Source: Candidatus Bathyarchaeota archaeon (GTDB lineage Archaea > Thermoproteota > Bathyarchaeia > Bathyarchaeales > Bathycorpusculaceae). Taken from it: a DNA stretch of 64,000 bases. Shown here piece by piece: positions 58,957 to 64,000 of this stretch. The notes beneath the pieces were generated by a model, which was not told the DNA's origin, did not search any database, and worked only from the letters and a program-made list of their open reading frames with translations. Numbering within the stretch: position 1 is the first letter of the stretch; each line of letters begins with the position of its first letter. The DNA is taken from the NCBI GenBank assembly GCA_963733095.1, contig CAVTBV010000013.1, positions 384,001 to 448,000 on the forward strand. The letters are read 5' to 3'. The position numbers and the translations under genes were made by a program.

Positions 58957-59483
58957 AATAAACTCCCATTATAATTCTTATATTGAATATTTTTAAATTT
59001 TGTGTCCTTTTTCCAAGTTAGCACTGAAAGTTATTGAATAAGTGATTATTATTTTGCAGGCTATAATCAATAAAACTGGAAAACTTGGTAGAAACGAGTT
59101 GGTTTGTATATGATAAGCTCCAGTTACATAGAGTTATATTCTATTAAGAAAATAACAGTTTTGATTGTAGAATGCAATAAGGAGAAGCGAATTTTGAGCA
59201 GAAATTCTGAATTGATTGATTTTCGATTGCCAAAAGAAAAATCATGGTGCGTTAGAATAGTTGAAGGTGAATTATTAGACGGTAAAGTCAGAGCAAAACA
59301 ATGTTCACAATGCAAGCACTCTTGTAATTTGGTTGCCACTGGATGTGGGAATTCAAATTCAATGCTGTACGGTTGTTCTGCAAGCAAATGTACTCATTTA
59401 CTCATACACGTTAAGTATACTTCTGCTTTTCTTCAATGAAGGTTATTCAATCCATATTTGAGGTAGGTGATGAAGAATTGAAA

Positions 59484-59726
59484 ATGAGTGATGCAATGAT
59501 ATTAAAACGTGAAATGGTGAGCTCCTGCAACGTAGACGTTGAAATTCTTGAAACCTTTAAGGATGGACTTGTGTTGAGGGTTGAAAACACAGTCAACAGA
59601 AACTCACTTGTGCTTATATCGGATTTTGTTGATAAACATCGGCTAAATATGTTGTTCGATAGTGGGGTTTATTTCATTTCTAAGGAAATCCTTGCGCCGT
59701 CAGAATTAACTTACTTATCAGAATAA
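59484..59726 (+). CDS. Hypothetical protein
   Basis: AGGTGA RBS; about 80 aa (track ORF 59436..59726). Confidence 0.5.
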   Translation: MSDAMILKREMVSSCNVDVEILETFKDGLVLRVENTVNRNSLVLISDFVDKHRLNMLFDSGVYFISKEILAPSELTYLSE

Positions 59727-60526
59727 GTGAAGTACTATCGTAAAAGCCCTTGGCGGGCGCGATATATAGACTAAGAATTTGTGTATCCAATACCATAATC
59801 CCGCCTCCCACTTCAACACTATCCTTCGCTTTGAAGATTTAAGATTTATCATCATTGAAGACTTGGCTAACGCCTCTAATTTTTTGTTTTTGAAGGGTTT
59901 AAAATATAGTTTTAAGTTAGGCGAGACAAACAGCACTGCAGAAATCCAAAAATACTGCAAACGAAGTTGTAGAAAATCAAAGAGGGCTCCTACAAAAGAT
60001 ACAGGCAATCTCAAGATTATGTGCCAATACTATGATAAACCGTATAATGAAAATAAACGGGCTTATGTATACACTGTGGAAAGTTTTTTTGCTCTTTCCA
60101 TAAAATCCCATACAACAGAATTTAATCCCCAAACCCAAACTCTCTCCCACAGACACATGACAAAGCCATAGGCTAAAACTAATAGTTAAGACAAAGAAGA
60201 AGAATATTCTCAGATAAATGGTATATAACGTGTTTGCATCAAAATTTAACCCGATAAGTCTCCTTTTCCTAAGAGGGCAGAAAAGGGATTTAGGGATCAA
60301 AGGAGCAGAGAATTATGTTAAAGAACTCAGTAAAATGAGTTAGAGCATAATCGTATGTATACCGAAGCAACAAAAACAGAGACGATGTTTGCGAGAAATC
60401 CCCTTTTTCTTTTTAATGGTCTCGTGCTATTGTGCAAAAACAGAGTCCTTAGGTGCAGGGAGGGTGCCCTTTAGGTAGGTGTACTCGCTACCTGAGGTGT
60501 TAGCTTATAAGTACTGCGTTTTTGTT

Positions 60527-61132
60527 TTATTGTTTCATTAGTTTTAAGCCGTTTGTTGATGTATAGACGTTCTGCTCGTACACTCCGTTCCAGTGGTCGT
60601 GCCATGTGCCTTCCATCTGGTTTGAAGTGAACGTAAATACACCAATTGTACCAATTTGCTCAATCGGACCCGCGTTTCCTTTAGTTAGAGTTAGCTGTGT
60701 TCCATTTATTGTGCCTGTTAGTTGCATTGGTGAAACATCAGGGGTATAACCAGACCCTTGAACTAATTGTCTATTTGAATAAGTAAACTGTATGTTGACA
60801 ATTACGATGTGCTCGTCGCTTGTTCCCGTTATAGTCCAAGTCATTGTGCGATCTTCTGAGCCCACATTTGTGAGTTGACCGAAGTTTTCATAGTCTGTGG
60901 CGAATGTAAATTGTGTGGACAATGTTGTTGTCCATGTTCCTTCTATGTCTCTTGTTGGAGTCAGTTTACCTCCATCAGAAATAGAGGTATCAGTGAAATC
61001 ATTGAAAAAACCAGTAAAATATAACGCTCCGACGATTGACACGATTAGTATCACAACAGGTATTATTTGACTTGGTTTCGCTTTGTTTTTCGTCTTGTTT
61101 GATTGCGATGGGACTTTGGCAAATCTAAACAT
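60527..61132 (-). CDS. Membrane-anchored beta-barrel-like surface protein
   Basis: N-terminal TM; Thr/Gly-rich beta strands (IEGTW). Confidence 0.7.
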   Translation of the reverse strand: MFRFAKVPSQSNKTKNKAKPSQIIPVVILIVSIVGALYFTGFFNDFTDTSISDGGKLTPTRDIEGTWTTTLSTQFTFATDYENFGQLTNVGSEDRTMTWTITGTSDEHIVIVNIQFTYSNRQLVQGSGYTPDVSPMQLTGTINGTQLTLTKGNAGPIEQIGTIGVFTFTSNQMEGTWHDHWNGVYEQNVYTSTNGLKLMKQ

Positions 61133-61536
61133 TTTTACACCTTACGCGAGATGAGAGGTAAACCATAAAAAACTTGTGTATTACAAATAAACATGCTTGG
61201 ACTAAGCAACAATTTTGTTGACGTGCTATTTCTCGGTTTTTAGGTCTTATGGTGCCAAAAACAGGGCTTTCTGATTACCCATATGTAAGCAGAGCAATTC
61301 TTTTCTAGACAGTTTCTTCGGCACTTCACGAAAGCCCTTTTAAACTGGGACGATGTTGATTCGATGGGGGATGATGTCGCCGTCCCAGTCTGACTGTAAG
61401 ATGAAGAACGAAAATTTGACAGACCCCATTTTCTTTTGTGTCTTTTTTTCTGCGGTTGGGTGTTCTTCTGGGGGAACGGGGTGTTCTTTAGGGAGAGTAA
61501 TATCTGGGAGTTGTCAATATCTTCTTGGTGACTTGA

Positions 61537-63441
61537 ATGAGTTTTCAAAGTAAAAGGGTCGGAACGTTGAAGAAAAGAGGAATCCTCAAATCCCTTATGC
61601 TTGCGGTAATTTTGTTTTCGGCAGTTTGGATGTTTAGCTTCCAGACGGGGCAAGCTTCTAGGATCATTGTCGTTCCGCAAGATTACCCCACGATAGGTGA
61701 GGCAGTGAGCCATGCTTCTGCAGACGACGTTATAGCGGTGAAGCCAGGGGTTTACTATGAAAACCTGCAAATCGACAAATCCATAACGCTTATGGGCGAA
61801 GACAGAGAAAACACCCTTATCATAGGTGAAGGCGGATCCGACGAACCAGCCGTTCTCACGTTGGCAGCCGCAAACATCAAGGTTTCAGGATTCACCATCC
61901 AAAGCGTCAACAGCACAAATCCCTCACAAAACGCCATAGGCATATACCTCCTGGGCGATGACTGCACAATCAGCGACAACATCATAAAGAGCAACTACTT
62001 CGGAGTTTTCTGTGCCGTCCAATCATCTACAACCATAACCAACAACATCATCACCTTGAGCATTAAAGACGGCGTCCGATTCTATGCTGGCTCCCAAAAC
62101 AACATCTCCGACAACAACATCATAGCAAACGCGGTTTCAGGTGTTGCTTTAGGCGGCTACTCAAATACAGTTGAGGGAAACACCTTTCAGAGCAATACCC
62201 GCGGGTTAGGTTTGGGTGCATCCAACTCTGTGGTGTTCAATAATACAATGGCTTCGAATACTGAGTCAGGTATTTTCCTCTCAGGGTCAAAAAACGTAAT
62301 CGTTGGCAACGAGGTTGATTCCAACAAGTACGGAGTCTACATTACGACTCAGGGGGCTTCTCCAACTGCAAACGAAATTTACCGAAACAACTTTGTTAAT
62401 AATTTCTATAACGCCTTCGGCAACTCTTCTTACCTTATCGAGAGCTGGGATGGCGGTTCTCAAATGGGCGGAAACTACTGGAGCGACTACCAAACAAAAT
62501 ACCCCACGGCCGCTGAAAACGGTAATTCAGGAATAGAAAACACTGCATACACCATTAACGCCAACAACCTGGATCAGTATCCCTTGACCACGCCCTTCAG
62601 AATCGCAAGTCTTGACAAGGCGCCAGCGGCAATCTCTCCAAGTCCTGTCAAGCCCAACAGCGTCGTTGCTTCATGGTCATTCGACAGTGTCGATTCGGAT
62701 CTTGTGGCTCCCGATTCAACTGGCAATAACCCTGCTGTTTTGGGGTCGGTTACTGGTGTCTACAACTACACCCCGGCCCGGGTGCAAGGCAAATTTGGGG
62801 CGGCATTAAGCTTCAACGGCAACACCTATGCCGCAGTCCAACCATCACCAAGCCTCGAAACCCTAAATGAAGTAACAGTTGATGTTTGGGTGAATGTGCC
62901 CGAAATCAAAGCAGACGTCCCCTACAACAATATCCTCATCGAAGCCGTCCGATCCACCGCGTCCCTCCCAACAAGAACTCTCGGTGTAGCGATTAACGGC
63001 GAAACACCCAGCAATGCAAGTTCCCCACCCATAGGTGTCCTCCGTGCCTATACCATGACATCCAGCGGCTTCAACGAGATAGACACTAAAGAGCCTCTTC
63101 CGTTTAACACTTGGGTTCATGTGGTTTTTGTCCGTAGCATAACCACCGGTATGCACCTCTATGTAGGCGGAAAAGAGCAGTCCGTTACCGTCGTTGCTGG
63201 AACAGCTAACCCCACGGGTCCAATACAGAAACCAACCGACATCTACATCGGACATGACTCAATAACTGAAATCGACCAACTCCAAATCAGTAACAATGCT
63301 GAGGCTTTTGGGCAACCGCTTTGGCAGCAATGGTGGCTATGGGCGGCGATCATATTAGCAGGCGTGGCAGGGTCTGGTTTGGTGTTCTACTTCAAGAGAC
63401 AGAGCGTAGGAAAATTATCTAAAAAACAAACAAATGAATAG
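61537..63441 (+). CDS. NosD beta-helix plus LamG cell-surface protein
   Basis: VPQDYPTI, GNYWSDY, LamG (GKFGAALSFNG, WVHV), C-terminal TM-KR. Confidence 0.9.
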   Translation: MSFQSKRVGTLKKRGILKSLMLAVILFSAVWMFSFQTGQASRIIVVPQDYPTIGEAVSHASADDVIAVKPGVYYENLQIDKSITLMGEDRENTLIIGEGGSDEPAVLTLAAANIKVSGFTIQSVNSTNPSQNAIGIYLLGDDCTISDNIIKSNYFGVFCAVQSSTTITNNIITLSIKDGVRFYAGSQNNISDNNIIANAVSGVALGGYSNTVEGNTFQSNTRGLGLGASNSVVFNNTMASNTESGIFLSGSKNVIVGNEVDSNKYGVYITTQGASPTANEIYRNNFVNNFYNAFGNSSYLIESWDGGSQMGGNYWSDYQTKYPTAAENGNSGIENTAYTINANNLDQYPLTTPFRIASLDKAPAAISPSPVKPNSVVASWSFDSVDSDLVAPDSTGNNPAVLGSVTGVYNYTPARVQGKFGAALSFNGNTYAAVQPSPSLETLNEVTVDVWVNVPEIKADVPYNNILIEAVRSTASLPTRTLGVAINGETPSNASSPPIGVLRAYTMTSSGFNEIDTKEPLPFNTWVHVVFVRSITTGMHLYVGGKEQSVTVVAGTANPTGPIQKPTDIYIGHDSITEIDQLQISNNAEAFGQPLWQQWWLWAAIILAGVAGSGLVFYFKRQSVGKLSKKQTNE

Positions 63442-63782
63442 CCAGAAAGGGAAAAAGATCCCTTTCTTTACAGGCTTTAATAAATCATAACGGTTTTGGT
63501 GTAAAAATGGATTAAAAAAAACAAGTATTGGGCAAGCTATTTTTTGCCTTTGCTCGCGTGTTTGGCTGGAAGTGAGACCTGTTTTCTCTCTTTTCTTTTC
63601 TGTTCTTTTTCACGTAGCATTTGTTTGTGTTTTTCTAATCCTTCAGCTTTTTTTGCTTTTTTAGACAAAATCTTCAACCTTAGCATGCAATAGAAAACGG
63701 CGGTACTCAAAAACATTATCCCAAATTTTACGTTTTGTCGCAATATTTAATAACAAAAACCGTTCACGATAAGATGGTGAAA

Positions 63783-63948
63783 TTGAAAAACGCCTAAAGT
63801 TGAGATTCACTGTCCAAAATGTGGCTCCTCAGCGGTTGAGCGGACTAAGAACCAAGAGTGCCGTTGCTCCTATTGCGGGGAAATTTTTTATTTTGTTACT
63901 CCGCAGTGTGGTTCTCAAACTGATGATTTAGATAGGTACAATCTCTGA
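63783..63948 (+). pseudogene. Zn-finger microprotein (CPKC...CSYC) with +1 in an A5 run
   Basis: TTG after a GGTGA RBS; removing one A gives MKTPKVEIHCPKCGSS...CSYCGE...*. Confidence 0.5.
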
Positions 63949-64000
63949 GTTGATGTGTTTTTTATTTGTGTTGGGTGGTGGATTTGTATTTTGGCACCGT

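Noticed and set aside
59718-60300. Overlapping ORFs 59718..60014, 59779..60171 and 59977..60300
   Set aside because: No motifs, atypical composition and mutual overlap; cannot be supported as genes.
61188-61222. TTGGACTAAGCA and CAAC-AATTTT-GTTG upstream of 60527..61132
   Set aside because: Only a half-site resemblance with wrong spacing; too degenerate to call.
1519-63255. Numerous short antisense or nested ORFs in the track
   Set aside because: They are shadows of well-supported genes on the other strand or frame, without motifs or RBS.
1-64000. CRISPR array
   Set aside because: No run of equal-length repeats with unique spacers and no cas genes were seen.

Overview
Archaeal chromosomal window. 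The gene repertoire (TiaS, TrmI, demi-Lrp proteins, TrmB regulators, PQQ-repeat and NosD/LamG surface proteins with PEF/EPFP-type C-terminal anchors) suggests Bathyarchaeia; this is inference, not a database result. Bases 1-13.1 kb are housekeeping: tiaS, three Lrp/AsnC ligand-binding proteins, a flippase-like protein, pyrG, a universal stress protein, trmI and two divergent Grs/Gms-like radical SAM genes. At tRNA-Asn(GTT) (13177-13253) an integrated element begins with a tyrosine integrase. An arsenic/metal/proton-efflux cargo block and an ABC-ATPase/GNAT remnant follow. Next is a decayed siphovirus-type head-tail module: a protease-capsid fusion, connector, gp10-like, terminator, tail tube, G/GT chaperone, short tape measure, Dit, hub-LamG, collar, receptor-binding candidate and holin-like genes, with no recognisable terminase, portal or replication genes. 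Most tail genes are frameshifted, yet intact cell-surface genes sit cleanly between them. Several cargo borders carry a recurring dif-like GTCAA-N6-TTGAC palindrome or a second shared ~37-bp motif. At the distal end a unit of [tail-protein C-terminus ...WVIAK*]-[surface cargo]-[holin-like]-[toxin-antitoxin] is repeated. Further right, two PQQ-repeat surface-protein units each begin with a conserved ~160-bp structured element. The best candidate for an undescribed system is a site-specific cassette-accretion platform for surface proteins built on a dead provirus; this is a hypothesis that needs genome-wide tests. No attR duplicate of the tRNA end was seen in the window.
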